64,000 bases of DNA from a virus (IMGVR_UViG_3300045988_148900:64001-128000), one strand, 5' to 3'; counted from the first letter of the stretch, positions 34,807-44,600 are shown. The notes: generated by a model not told the origin, from the letters alone. Numbers and translations are program-made.

Positions 34807-35751
34807 TCAGAAGCCACCGTCAATAGGCATGTCACCAAAGGAGTCGTCAATAGGAGTAGCCTCCTCGAAGCCTATAGGACCCGGCATCTGACCAAAAGGC
34901 TGCGACCCTCCCATAGGTGCTCCAGCAGGTGCAGGACCTCCGTAAGATGGTGTCGGAGCACCTCCAACCGGAGGAATAGGCTGACCAGTATAAATCGGCT
35001 GACCCGACTGAGACGGAACACCCGCAGCCTGACCGTAACCTGACGACGGATAAGGCTGAACAGGAGTACCCTGAGGAAGCGAACCCCCATGATAGGGCAT
35101 CGCCGTCGGTGCCTGAGACGGCATCGGAGGAAGCTGCTGAGCAGGAGCCGACGCAGGAACACCCTGCGGACCAACACCACCCGCCTGAGACGACAACCAT
35201 TTACGATAGTTCTCTACCGACTGACTCGTAGTGGCGTCAACCTCCTGAAACAGACGGTCGATAACCTCCGGCTGTGCGCGAAGCTGCTCAAGACGCTGAG
35301 CAATACCCGGAGTAATGTTGAAACCAGCGAGCGTGTACTTCAAGGACGAGACATCCTTCCCGTCCTTATTCTTCCGAGTCTCCTTCGTGAAAGAAACCGC
35401 CTGTGCCTGCGGATTGACCTCCCAAGCACGCAGGTAATCCTGATACTGACTCTGAGTCAGACGAATGTACTCAACCGTGATAGACTCCGAACGAAGCGTA
35501 GCCTGAACAGACTGAATATCCGTATCCAAACGAGCTACCAAAAGAAAGTAGTAATTCGTCGGATTGAGCTTAAACTCAATCATCGACTCCTGATCGACCT
35601 CTACAGACCCGAAACCTGAAACATAAGCAATCTGCTTAGCCAGAACGTCCCGAACAAGAGGAATGAAATAGCCCGTATAACCCGGACCAATGTCGCATCG
35701 CTTGATGCCAAGAGTCGGAATACTCTCACCGAACCCTAATCTCTGTGCCAT
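34807..35751 (-). CDS. SSB-like protein with Q/P/G-rich linker and acidic C-terminal tip
   Basis: 314 aa. The C-terminal linker is rich in P, Q and G. It ends IDDSFGDMPIDGGF, like SSB tails (DDDIPF). Confidence 0.5.
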   Translation of the reverse strand: MAQRLGFGESIPTLGIKRCDIGPGYTGYFIPLVRDVLAKQIAYVSGFGSVEVDQESMIEFKLNPTNYYFLLVARLDTDIQSVQATLRSESITVEYIRLTQSQYQDYLRAWEVNPQAQAVSFTKETRKNKDGKDVSSLKYTLAGFNITPGIAQRLEQLRAQPEVIDRLFQEVDATTSQSVENYRKWLSSQAGGVGPQGVPASAPAQQLPPMPSQAPTAMPYHGGSLPQGTPVQPYPSSGYGQAAGVPSQSGQPIYTGQPIPPVGGAPTPSYGGPAPAGAPMGGSQPFGQMPGPIGFEEATPIDDSFGDMPIDGGF

Positions 35752-35761
35752 GTAATAATGA

Positions 35762-35776
35762 AAAATTAAAAGTTAA
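35762..35776 (-). promoter_or_regulatory. AT-rich upstream motif TTAACTTTTAATTTT
   Basis: The identical 15-mer occurs at 50726-50740. Both lie 7-10 nt before an ATG. Confidence 0.25.
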
Positions 35777-35794
35777 CTACCCAAATCTACGTAC

Positions 35795-36184
35795 CTACTG
35801 CCGCCAATTGTTAGTATATCTCGTCCGCTGAATCAACTCGAAATCTGCCCGCAACTCATTCAAACGTGCTAAGTAAACAAGAACTGCGTTGAGCCGCTCC
35901 TTAAAAGCCTTCTGAATGGCTACGACAGGACCACCTGATAAAACCATCTGAATAGACGAAAGCTCTGAAATGAGCTTGCTGCGCAACCTAACAAGCAAGT
36001 ACTCTGTACTCATGACTATATCATTCTTAGCCGACAAGGATAAGCCCATATTGCCTAACTTATCCAACTCACTGTCAAGCTGAGAAAAAAGCCCACTCAA
36101 CATACGCTCCTGAGCCTCGAACTTCTGCTGACAACTCCTAAGAGCATCAACAACTGAAATCTTAGCTGACCCACTACTCTCCAT
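35795..36184 (-). CDS. hypothetical coiled-coil protein
   Basis: 129 aa, ATG verified. Confidence 0.6.
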   Translation of the reverse strand: MESSGSAKISVVDALRSCQQKFEAQERMLSGLFSQLDSELDKLGNMGLSLSAKNDIVMSTEYLLVRLRSKLISELSSIQMVLSGGPVVAIQKAFKERLNAVLVYLARLNELRADFELIQRTRYTNNWRQ

Positions 36185-36464
36185 CGGAACCCGTCAACTC
36201 TACGACCACAACACCTCGACCATCCGACCGCCGAGTAGGCAGACACGGAAACATTGCACAAGCAAACTTATCATAAGCAAAAGCGCATGGACATGTTCCA
36301 TCCGAACGCACTTCACAAGCCTCATCCAAATGAAGTGTAAAAGTCTTGCCAAGTACACTCAAGCAATCATAATGAGCCAACAACTCGTAGTCCAACTTAA
36401 AGGGCTCCTCTATAGAAATAGAGGCACACGCTTCTACAGACTTCAATACCTTAACCTCTGACAT
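36174..36464 (-). CDS. hypothetical protein
   Basis: 96 aa from the ATG at 36464. The track start at 36470 is TTG. Confidence 0.5.
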   Translation of the reverse strand: MSEVKVLKSVEACASISIEEPFKLDYELLAHYDCLSVLGKTFTLHLDEACEVRSDGTCPCAFAYDKFACAMFPCLPTRRSDGRGVVVVELTGSDGE

Positions 36465-37146
36465 CTCCAAAATAGTTTCGTTTCAACAAATGCATATAAA
36501 ACCATAACTGACTCAAGTCCCTAAAATGCTTCCGGAAAAAAGGAGAAACAGAACGCGACGCCTCAACCGCACCTACAATACTCGGACGCAAACTGCTCTC
36601 CAATCTAACCTTAGCACGACGATAGTAAACCGAGTCGACGGCACTCAATACACGTATAATAAAAGTGTCCATACTCGCACTAACATGGCCTACGGACGTA
36701 ACCCAACACTCCTGAATAAAACGAGGCAAGAACCTAACACTCCCATACAGGTCGAATAACTCCGTAAAACGAGACGCCTCATCCTCGTAACAACGACCCG
36801 TGAACATGAAGTCCAAACACTCATCTATAAAAGAAGATCCATCAGAAGCCAGCGTCTTTAACGAACGCTTACGGGAACCAAAGACGCGCTGTGCGAAACC
36901 CAAAACCTCACGTCGAATAACATCTTCTGACCATACCTCGTCGAAAATCTGACGCGAAATGAAAATACAATCAGAATAATCAAAATCTAAAGACTCCCGC
37001 TCCGAACGTGACTTGATGTCACGATACTGAATGAAAGACGACGAAATAACAGCATTAGGACCTACAACACTGTAACCCGGAAATAAAAAAGGCAGAATAC
37101 GAAAGTAATCCGACTGCCCTAAAGAGATAACCCTTACGTTGCCCAT
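36451..37146 (-). CDS. hypothetical protein
   Basis: 231 aa, ATG verified. Confidence 0.6.
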   Translation of the reverse strand: MGNVRVISLGQSDYFRILPFLFPGYSVVGPNAVISSSFIQYRDIKSRSERESLDFDYSDCIFISRQIFDEVWSEDVIRREVLGFAQRVFGSRKRSLKTLASDGSSFIDECLDFMFTGRCYEDEASRFTELFDLYGSVRFLPRFIQECWVTSVGHVSASMDTFIIRVLSAVDSVYYRRAKVRLESSLRPSIVGAVEASRSVSPFFRKHFRDLSQLWFYMHLLKRNYFGDVRG

Positions 37147-37149
37147 GAT

Positions 37150-37332
37150 TTAGAACGACACGTAGACCACCCATAGCAAAAATGCCAGAAACCCAAGAGC
37201 TATGATAAAAGCAGCGACGCTCAACCAACCGCTCTCGACCTCAGCGTCGTCGCGCCGACGAACATACGGTGAATAGTACTCATCCCTATAGGGATCATCA
37301 TTCCGCCTGAAAAAATCACGCCAGTTACCCAT
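37150..37332 (-). CDS. small membrane protein
   Basis: 60 aa with a C-terminal hydrophobic helix, WLSVAAFIIALGFLAFLLWVVYV. Confidence 0.5.
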   Translation of the reverse strand: MGNWRDFFRRNDDPYRDEYYSPYVRRRDDAEVESGWLSVAAFIIALGFLAFLLWVVYVSF

Positions 37333-37334
37333 AT

Positions 37335-37751
37335 CTACTCTATTTTAGATGCCAATGACAACAACGAAATCTCCGTCTTGGACCCACCAACGGCCAACAA
37401 ACGAAGCGTATCGGAAAACTCTAAATGTTGAACAGCACTCGAAAAAGACCTGTCACTACCCATGAAGTCCTTCTCGGAATGAACGGACGTCAAAGATAGC
37501 GGTGTCTTAACAACCTCCGTAAAACGGCTTAACAGCACAGGGTCTACAATATCCAAAGACGAATAACAATCCACCATAGGATTCTCCTCTATGAACTTAA
37601 GCAACATGGAAAGCATCTGACCCGAAAAAGTGCTAATGTCACCCAAGACAATAGACGAACCCGGAACGTAAGCATCCACAAAATCCCGCAAGCCCTGAAC
37701 ATTACTCACGAAATTAATAAACCTACTTCTATCGCGAACAAGCAGCTTCAT
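37335..37751 (-). CDS. possible clamp-loader accessory subunit (delta'-like fragment)
   Basis: LLKFIEENPMVDCYSSLDIVDPVLLSRFTEVV resembles the LLKtLEEPP...SRC segment of delta'/RFC small subunits. No P-loop. Confidence 0.35.
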   Translation of the reverse strand: MKLLVRDRSRFINFVSNVQGLRDFVDAYVPGSSIVLGDISTFSGQMLSMLLKFIEENPMVDCYSSLDIVDPVLLSRFTEVVKTPLSLTSVHSEKDFMGSDRSFSSAVQHLEFSDTLRLLAVGGSKTEISLLSLASKIE

Positions 37752-37933
37752 GACTGAGCACTATCGGAAGCATCGAAATCTAAAAAGTGAAGTAAGGCTT
37801 CCTTACAGGAATACCAAATCATACAGCCTACGACCAGCAAGGAGAACACACCTATACACCCCACCAAGCACAAGGATAAAACCGTGAGAAGCAACTCCCA
37901 CCACGACAACCCATCCGGCAAAAACTCTACCAT
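37748..37933 (-). CDS. small membrane protein
   Basis: 61 aa with hydrophobic stretch WWELLLTVLSLCLVGCIGVFSLLVVGCMIWY. ATGA overlap with the next gene. Confidence 0.5.
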   Translation of the reverse strand: MVEFLPDGLSWWELLLTVLSLCLVGCIGVFSLLVVGCMIWYSCKEALLHFLDFDASDSAQS

Positions 37934-37936
37934 GCA

Positions 37937-38533
37937 CTAATCAACAATAGACAACACCAAACGAACTGCAACATCGGCAAGACCATCTAAGTTGGAAACA
38001 AGCAAGCTCTTCTGCTGAAAGCTCGTCAAGTCAAACTCCTGACGAAGAGGATCAACAACACCCATGTATACTGCCGAAATAAACGTACCTTCAGACAGAC
38101 AGCGAGTAGCTCCATAAATGCCCTGTAAGACACTATCATAAACAACCGCCGACGTTCGAGGCCACAACTTAACAGCCTCAGAAACATCCTTAGTCAAACC
38201 GAGACCACCCACAACAGGAACGTAATCTACTCTAAAATCCGCAGGCGTCGAAAGAGAATAAGAGCAAGCGTCAATAGAATGAAGAACAGACCCCACAACA
38301 ATCTTGCCCAAAACGCTATCATCAGGCAACGTCATTGGAGCATAACCGACGCGAATAACAATATCGTAGCATCTGGCAAGCTCGGACGACGTGTAAGCAC
38401 AAGCATCAAGAGCTAACCACCCAACAGACTCTACGCGCCAGTAAATGCCCGAAAGACGAGAATCCGCCAAGAACAAATCCCGAAGCAAAACACGCTCGTA
38501 CTCAGACGAGACTACAAATAAAACTCTAAACAT
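37937..38533 (-). CDS. hypothetical protein
   Basis: 198 aa from the ATG at 38533. The track start at 38539 is GTG. Confidence 0.55.
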   Translation of the reverse strand: MFRVLFVVSSEYERVLLRDLFLADSRLSGIYWRVESVGWLALDACAYTSSELARCYDIVIRVGYAPMTLPDDSVLGKIVVGSVLHSIDACSYSLSTPADFRVDYVPVVGGLGLTKDVSEAVKLWPRTSAVVYDSVLQGIYGATRCLSEGTFISAVYMGVVDPLRQEFDLTSFQQKSLLVSNLDGLADVAVRLVLSIVD

Positions 38534-38542
38534 AGCCACACA

Positions 38543-38770
38543 TTATCTATCCATTATCTTTTTTCGTATCTCCTCGCAACGCTCGTAAAAAACGACGGAT
38601 GCTCCATCTGAACTGAGAATCTTCTTAGCAACAGAACCATCTATACTGCCGGGACCATACAAGTCCGAGTCCTTCAAAATAATAGGATTATCATCAGCAT
38701 CGAAAACTCTACTCAATGCCTCCCGCGTATGATCAGAATCCACGACCTCCTTATAAAAATCTTTGGCCAT
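38543..38770 (-). CDS. hypothetical protein
   Basis: 75 aa, ATG verified. Confidence 0.5.
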   Translation of the reverse strand: MAKDFYKEVVDSDHTREALSRVFDADDNPIILKDSDLYGPGSIDGSVAKKILSSDGASVVFYERCEEIRKKIMDR

Positions 38771-38796
38771 AACTATCGAATATTAAAATAACTCCA

Positions 38797-38955
38797 CTAA
38801 TCAAGCAACTCATCTGCCTGCCACTTCTTGAAAAACCTACGACGCGACCGACTCAAAAAACGCTTCAAACCATTCCCCTTCTTCTTTCGAACATGTTTCA
38901 CCCACTCCCGAAGAAGCTTCTGATGATTTAATCTTAATGATGTCCTACGTTCCAT
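38797..38955 (-). CDS. small basic protein
   Basis: 52 aa from the ATG at 38955 (MERRTSLRLNHQKLLREWVKHVRKKKG...). Arg/Lys-rich. Confidence 0.4.
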   Translation of the reverse strand: MERRTSLRLNHQKLLREWVKHVRKKKGNGLKRFLSRSRRRFFKKWQADELLD

Positions 38956-39009
38956 AAGAACAAAAATAACAAAAAAACTCTGAAAACCCAAGAAGAATGA
39001 CCAACAAGG

Positions 39010-39969
39010 TCATTCTTCCGGACAAGGCGTATTAACAACACGCCGACTCAACGCCTGACAGAACTCCAAGTTAGGAACAGAGAAAACACTCTGACCCCAC
39101 GCGGCAAGCTGATCAAGCTGCGACAAAATGAGAGCCTCAATCGTAGCCGGATCACACGGAGCACCCCACTCCTTCCGACCATGATGACTGTAGATACAAT
39201 GCACAATTCGATCCAAAAGACCCTTCGAAAGCATAGAACCGTATTCCTGTACAAACACCTCCGCACTCTGAACCGAATGAGGACGCAACATCAAATCCTC
39301 CTCGTACTCGAAAGTATCCGAGTTGTACTCAAACAGTTTGCCATAGTCATGATACAAAGCCGCAAACGTCAGAACGAACAGATCCACATTCCACGGAAAC
39401 CACTTCCGAAGCCCATGAATAAATGTCAGAATCTGATAGGTGTGGTTAGCTAACCCGCCTGCCCAATTGTCATGAAAACGCTTAGCAGCAGGCATCGTAG
39501 AATAGGACTCATATAAAGCCGGAAGCTTCTCGAACAACACAGCAACCATCTTCTCGCGGACGGTCTCCGGAGCACGGACAGCCCCAGACTCGTCGGCCTG
39601 CGGAAGCCACGCCGAAAGCAACGCACGCAGAACCCCCGAGAACTTCTCGTAAGACGGAATTGGATTCACAAAGCAAGCCCACGCAGGATACTGCGACTGA
39701 AGCTTCGCGTCCTTCTGAAAACAACCCAAGTCACCAGCAATACGTGACTCGTCAAACCCTATGAAGCCCTTCGCGTTAGGCTCCGGAATACCATCGAAAA
39801 GAATGAGAACATGATCAGACAGCCGATCGGTACATTCCCACAAGTAACACTGCTTCTGAACCAACTCCGAGTCCACAAGCTGAAGAATGTTATAAGGCTT
39901 GCCATTAGACGACATGGCCGACGTACACTCCCGAACGTAATAAGCTACATAAGCTCCCGAATCTGACAT
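39010..39969 (-). CDS. HD-domain phosphohydrolase with N-terminal OB-like domain (YhaM-like)
   Basis: GKPYNILQLVDSE (OB-like), ALYHDYGK (HD) and HCIYSHHG. Confidence 0.65.
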   Translation of the reverse strand: MSDSGAYVAYYVRECTSAMSSNGKPYNILQLVDSELVQKQCYLWECTDRLSDHVLILFDGIPEPNAKGFIGFDESRIAGDLGCFQKDAKLQSQYPAWACFVNPIPSYEKFSGVLRALLSAWLPQADESGAVRAPETVREKMVAVLFEKLPALYESYSTMPAAKRFHDNWAGGLANHTYQILTFIHGLRKWFPWNVDLFVLTFAALYHDYGKLFEYNSDTFEYEEDLMLRPHSVQSAEVFVQEYGSMLSKGLLDRIVHCIYSHHGRKEWGAPCDPATIEALILSQLDQLAAWGQSVFSVPNLEFCQALSRRVVNTPCPEE

Positions 39970-39998
39970 GATAAAATGAAAATTAAATTCAACAATAT

Positions 39999-40029
39999 AC
40001 CGTAGCCAGCCGACTACGGTACAAAGATA
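39999..40029 (-). promoter_or_regulatory. TATCTTTG -7 box followed by a 5'-leader hairpin
   Basis: Minus-strand TATCTTTG (40029-40022), then ACCGTAG-N8-CTACGGT (40020-39999). About 50 nt upstream of the ATG at 39969. Confidence 0.35.
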
Positions 40030-40064
40030 GTAAAATTAAATTAAAAGCGCAAGAAAAAGTTGTA

Positions 40065-40367
40065 TTAAATGTTCGCATGGTAGACCGGAGTGGAACCGTC
40101 GAAAGCCGAAACAATAGATAACTGCTCCTCGATAGAGAGGTCATCGAAAGACCTAACAATACTACAGTGACCACCAACAACGGAACTACAGTCCTCTACG
40201 AAGATGTCCGGACACCCATTAAGACCCTCATCACGGACCCCGACGACAAGTGTGCTCGAAACCAGAAAACTCGTGCCTACCGGAAAGCTCAGAAGCAACC
40301 TGCGCCAGTCAGACACATAATCGACATAGACCTTCTGGAAAACACCTAAAAGAGACTCCTTTTTCAT
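40065..40367 (-). CDS. hypothetical protein
   Basis: 100 aa from the ATG at 40367 (MKKESLLGVF...). The track start at 40454 overlaps the HAD gene. Confidence 0.5.
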   Translation of the reverse strand: MKKESLLGVFQKVYVDYVSDWRRLLLSFPVGTSFLVSSTLVVGVRDEGLNGCPDIFVEDCSSVVGGHCSIVRSFDDLSIEEQLSIVSAFDGSTPVYHANI

Positions 40368-40390
40368 TGTAACAGATATTTGACATCGAA

Positions 40391-40861
40391 TTAGTAGTTG
40401 CCATCCGCAGGCTGGAACACTGTACATCCGTACTCCCGCCACATGGCGACGCAAGCCTTCCTATCCTCGAAGACTATAGTATGTGCAAGAGGTACTCCTC
40501 GACGAAGAAGCTCCTCGGCAAACTCACGCTTCAAAACATGATCAGGACGAAAGTCGTTATTCCCACGACAGAAAATGTCGCACTCACAAGGAAGACCCTG
40601 CTTCCGAAGCCACTCCCGAGTGGCAGGAATAAACCGCTGAGGACGACCTGTACAAACAATGCAATGATAACCCCCAAGAGGCGTGTCGCGTCCTAAATCT
40701 ACAAGAGAACGCACAACATGAATCACAGATTCGATAGGTGCGTCATCACCCACAGCAGCATAGAAAGAATCGTAATCCTTCTTATTGCCCTGAATAAAGT
40801 GAAGCCTATGACTCAAATCTGCAACCGTGCCGTCTAAGTCTAAAATTAAGTAACGAACCAT
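40391..40861 (-). CDS. HAD-superfamily phosphatase (T4 Pnk 3'-phosphatase-like)
   Basis: LILDLDGTV (DxDxT), CTGRP, CRGNNDFRPDHVLK and FEDR. Confidence 0.65.
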   Translation of the reverse strand: MVRYLILDLDGTVADLSHRLHFIQGNKKDYDSFYAAVGDDAPIESVIHVVRSLVDLGRDTPLGGYHCIVCTGRPQRFIPATREWLRKQGLPCECDIFCRGNNDFRPDHVLKREFAEELLRRGVPLAHTIVFEDRKACVAMWREYGCTVFQPADGNY

Positions 40862-40923
40862 AGTTGTAGTAATTAATGTATCACAATGATAGTAAAATTA
40901 ATCTAAACCGCAAAATGAAACAC

Positions 40924-40949
40924 AAAAAAAGTGCCTCACAAGAGGTACT
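40924..40949 (-). terminator. rho-independent terminator
   Basis: Minus strand AGTACCTC-TTGT-GAGGCACT (1 mismatch) followed by T7. Confidence 0.55.
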
Positions 40950-40972
40950 TAAACAGACAAACACAAAGGGCA

Positions 40973-42292
40973 TCAAAAAGTATAAGTACAACTACTGTCC
41001 TCCGTAGGAGACACACCAACTATCGACGATCGGGTATCCCCATCAGTCAATGGATATAACTCTACTCTTGAACCAGCAGGCATAGAATAGGTCTCAGAGC
41101 GACTGCCTGAAATATTATTGATAATGGACACAGACACCGCAAGAGTAGAAGCTGGAGCCTGTGGTAATGCCGACAACCGTAACGTAGGAAGAACTCCTGT
41201 AGAAGAACTCTGCAAAAGTCCCCTAATAGTCACAGTGGTTTTAACTGCCTCCCCTGCCTGAACCACATTAACTCTGCCTAACAGACCAAAATCAGGTAAA
41301 TTATATGAATACACATCCAAATAGCCTGTCCGATCTTGCCCAGTAGTATTAGCAGACCCAGACCTTACAAGAACCTGACTCTGAGTTGCACTATAAAATG
41401 GATTCTGGCTATCAACAACGAGCCAAGAAGTAGCAGACGTAAAGGTAACAGGAATAAACCTACTTGAAGTATCTAAACTCCCGGACGTAAAAGTGCAGAT
41501 ACCCGTATAATGAGCATACCCATACTGAGAAGACGCGGCCGCAGACGTTAACCGTGGACCATTCCAAGAAACGCGACTTATATCAGAGATGCCTACAACC
41601 GAATTAGCCTCCTGTTGCAACCCTGTTATAATATCACTGCCGGACCCAGAAATGGCATTCTCGGTAGCAGCATCTAAAGAAGTGGTGGAAATGCCAATAG
41701 TAAAAGTCAAGTTGGAATAAGACGGAGTAATAGTAGTGCCTAAGGAACTAAATAAACAAGACTTCGTAGTATTATTACCATTTGCCGTCCATGCTGCATC
41801 TGACGCAGAACCAGAATAAGATATCATCCGATAATACTCACTCGGATCATTCTCCCATAAGACACCTCCAACATAAAATGTGTCACCGATAGCCTCAACC
41901 TCCGTAGTAACCACAGCTCCAGAGGCATAAGTATCAGTTCTATCCTTGAAAACATCAAGAGTCAACGCAAGATTACATACACCAGCAGGAAATGTGAAAG
42001 AAGATGCAGAATCCACAATATTACCGTTGCAAACTAAAAAAGCACCCTTAATCTTAAGAGGACCATAGGTGGTGCTAACAATAGGATCAATGCCCGACTG
42101 AGCAATCTCTATCACAGCATTACCTCCCGGATGATTCGGAGTGACAACAATATTCATAACACGAGACGATCCCGTGTTATTAGCAGTAGTATAAACCTTA
42201 ATCGGCTGACTCTTAACAACAGGGTCCCACTCTATAGTAACCTTATCGGAGGCATCTGAACCCCACGGAAAGGAAGACGACGTAATAGCCAT
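40973..42292 (-). CDS. BACON/Ig-like domain-containing virion protein
   Basis: 439 aa. The N-terminal segment ...TTANNTGSSRVMNIVVTPNHPGGNAVIEIAQSG follows the BACON pattern (N.tg..R...i.v......v.i.Q.g). Confidence 0.55.
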   Translation of the reverse strand: MAITSSSFPWGSDASDKVTIEWDPVVKSQPIKVYTTANNTGSSRVMNIVVTPNHPGGNAVIEIAQSGIDPIVSTTYGPLKIKGAFLVCNGNIVDSASSFTFPAGVCNLALTLDVFKDRTDTYASGAVVTTEVEAIGDTFYVGGVLWENDPSEYYRMISYSGSASDAAWTANGNNTTKSCLFSSLGTTITPSYSNLTFTIGISTTSLDAATENAISGSGSDIITGLQQEANSVVGISDISRVSWNGPRLTSAAASSQYGYAHYTGICTFTSGSLDTSSRFIPVTFTSATSWLVVDSQNPFYSATQSQVLVRSGSANTTGQDRTGYLDVYSYNLPDFGLLGRVNVVQAGEAVKTTVTIRGLLQSSSTGVLPTLRLSALPQAPASTLAVSVSIINNISGSRSETYSMPAGSRVELYPLTDGDTRSSIVGVSPTEDSSCTYTF

Positions 42293-42296
42293 AATA

Positions 42297-44600
42297 CTAA
42301 CTCTGTTTTTCTAATGTGAACAAGTCGTTCGAAGCAATATAAGCATCCTCTATACCCTCAGCTGCGCCTACAAGAAAATCATTAGAGTCGGACGTTACCA
42401 ACTGAGACCCATCAGAAACCTTAAAGTAAATAGCCTCCTTAGACCCTCCAATAGGCATATCGATGGTGTATTTTTTTGATACAGCAGACGCCTGATCTGC
42501 TCCGACATATACATATACAGGAATACCATCCTGTGTAATAACAACACTCTGAGACACGGCTCCACTATAAGACGCCGTGACAGTTATACTCCGCTTATCC
42601 ATAGACTGATTCTCCGCAGCAGTAACTGTAGTGCCCGACAAAGCGAAACCTGACGCAGAACCAGACAAAGTAGGAGTAACAGACTCCGTCTCTACAATAC
42701 CTGACGAACCGGACGAATATACTGAGGTCTTACTCCTACTACACGAAGCTGAAATCGTAGAAGACCCACCCCCGTAACCAATAGTTGTAGGATCAGCCGA
42801 AATAGATATACCCCAAGCACCATAAGTATAACTCTCAATCTTGTTCTCAGCCTGAGTTAAATCAGCAGAATCTGTAAGAGCACCTACCGTCACAGTCAAA
42901 ACTCCGGACAAAGCTGAACCTACAACAATGCCACGGTCGGACGCGACCACAACACCCGCCCACAAATAAGAGGCTGACGGCTCCCAAGAAAAACCTGTGC
43001 CAGAAATAGACCAAGCTACTCGGGACGCATCTTGCAACTCTCCTACATAAGCTGAAGAATAGGTGGCCCGGCAAGTTGCGAAATGACGCCCTCCAGACGC
43101 CGGAAAACTACCATCAAAGGCAGCACCTCCTGCACTTGAGTATATCTTAACTGACTCTATCTCATTCGCTGCCTGATAAACATCTACAGTATCTGTAGCA
43201 GTGCGACCGCTGTAGGTGGCCGTAACAGTAAGCTCCCCAACCTTCGTTCGAACCTTTTCTGTAAACCCAAGAGTCGAAGCTGTGACTGGATCGGAGTAAG
43301 CATAAGTGACGTCGGCATACTGTGGAACCGTCTCTGAAGTGTAATCACCCGATGTATAATAAGTACGCTTCTTCTGAGTACAAGACGGATTACCCGAAGA
43401 TACAGTACCACCAGAAGCAGGAATATCTGCAACCGTAAGACTTACAGCCAAATTGGTGTAAGAATAATGAGTTATCGAGTTAGACGCCTGATAAACCGTA
43501 GCTGTGGCAGCACCACTCTGACCATTCATCGTAACGGTGGCCGTCAAGGCACCAATCTCTGTCTTGGCCTTCGCTGTAGTGCCTAAAGAAGGGGCTGATA
43601 CTGGATCAGAATAAGTAACCGTACCACCTGAAGTCAAAGGCGAAAGTTCCTGAGTAGCTCCAGAAGAATAACTCTGAACTCGAGACTGAGAATAAGTTAC
43701 AATACCTGAAGATACGGTTCCTCCCGAAGCCGGAATGTCCGAAACCGACAAAGAAACAACAGGCACGCCATAAGTAATCGTCGTAGCTTCATTCTTCGCC
43801 TGCGTAAACGTCACAGAAGTCTCTAAGCCTGAATACTTAGCTATCAAATCTGCCGTTCTAACCGAACCTACCTCTGTGCCTCGAGTGAATACATCTATCA
43901 CTACATAAGTAGACTCTAATTTCCTTGCAGACATCATGTCTAAATCAGTCGAAACCCACTGGGTATCCAGCATTGGAGCCAAAGAACGAGTGCCGCTGGT
44001 ATAAGTCGCATACAACTGACACCAGTAATTGTACATTCCTGCTGCGGAAATATTGAGCTTTAAGTCTTTGTCTCCAATCTCTCTAATCGCTAAAGAAGTG
44101 ACACCATTGGCAGCCTGAGAAATAACAACAGTCGATGACACAACCTGACCATCAAACGTATTAGAGTAGACCCCCGTGACCGTAATCTGACGAACTGTAC
44201 CAGAAACTGCGCCTCTATTCTCGGCCGTTACCACATCTCCTGAAATAGAAAAACCATCGGCAGAACCAGACAAAGTGGGAACTACCGTCTCGCTACTGAC
44301 CTGAACACCATTCCTGTAGGTTGCAAGGACTCCGCTGACCCTCGACGTGCCTCCTCCGACTCCAAGCATAGACGCAGAAGCGTTTAAAGTAAAAGCATAA
44401 GTATAAACCGCCTTCTCCTGAGTCACGCTAACAGTACAAACACCACCAAAAGCATTCTTAACCAATAAAGATGCAGTCCTATCTGACGTGGAAATATTCT
44501 CATCCGCAACAACCGTAACTAACTGACTGCCCGAATTGGACGGAGCAGACGCCGTCCAAGAACCCCCATCTGAAAACTCGCCTGAAACCAAATATGCCAT
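42297..44600 (-). CDS. multi-repeat BACON/Ig-like surface protein
   Basis: 767 aa with about 7 repeats ending (V/F/L)(T/Y/S)Q(A/E/D). Two near-duplicate modules of about 95 aa (VSLSVSDIPASGGTVSSG...VYQASN / VSLTVADIPASGGTVSSG...VYQAAN). Confidence 0.65.
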   Translation of the reverse strand: MAYLVSGEFSDGGSWTASAPSNSGSQLVTVVADENISTSDRTASLLVKNAFGGVCTVSVTQEKAVYTYAFTLNASASMLGVGGGTSRVSGVLATYRNGVQVSSETVVPTLSGSADGFSISGDVVTAENRGAVSGTVRQITVTGVYSNTFDGQVVSSTVVISQAANGVTSLAIREIGDKDLKLNISAAGMYNYWCQLYATYTSGTRSLAPMLDTQWVSTDLDMMSARKLESTYVVIDVFTRGTEVGSVRTADLIAKYSGLETSVTFTQAKNEATTITYGVPVVSLSVSDIPASGGTVSSGIVTYSQSRVQSYSSGATQELSPLTSGGTVTYSDPVSAPSLGTTAKAKTEIGALTATVTMNGQSGAATATVYQASNSITHYSYTNLAVSLTVADIPASGGTVSSGNPSCTQKKRTYYTSGDYTSETVPQYADVTYAYSDPVTASTLGFTEKVRTKVGELTVTATYSGRTATDTVDVYQAANEIESVKIYSSAGGAAFDGSFPASGGRHFATCRATYSSAYVGELQDASRVAWSISGTGFSWEPSASYLWAGVVVASDRGIVVGSALSGVLTVTVGALTDSADLTQAENKIESYTYGAWGISISADPTTIGYGGGSSTISASCSRSKTSVYSSGSSGIVETESVTPTLSGSASGFALSGTTVTAAENQSMDKRSITVTASYSGAVSQSVVITQDGIPVYVYVGADQASAVSKKYTIDMPIGGSKEAIYFKVSDGSQLVTSDSNDFLVGAAEGIEDAYIASNDLFTLEKQS

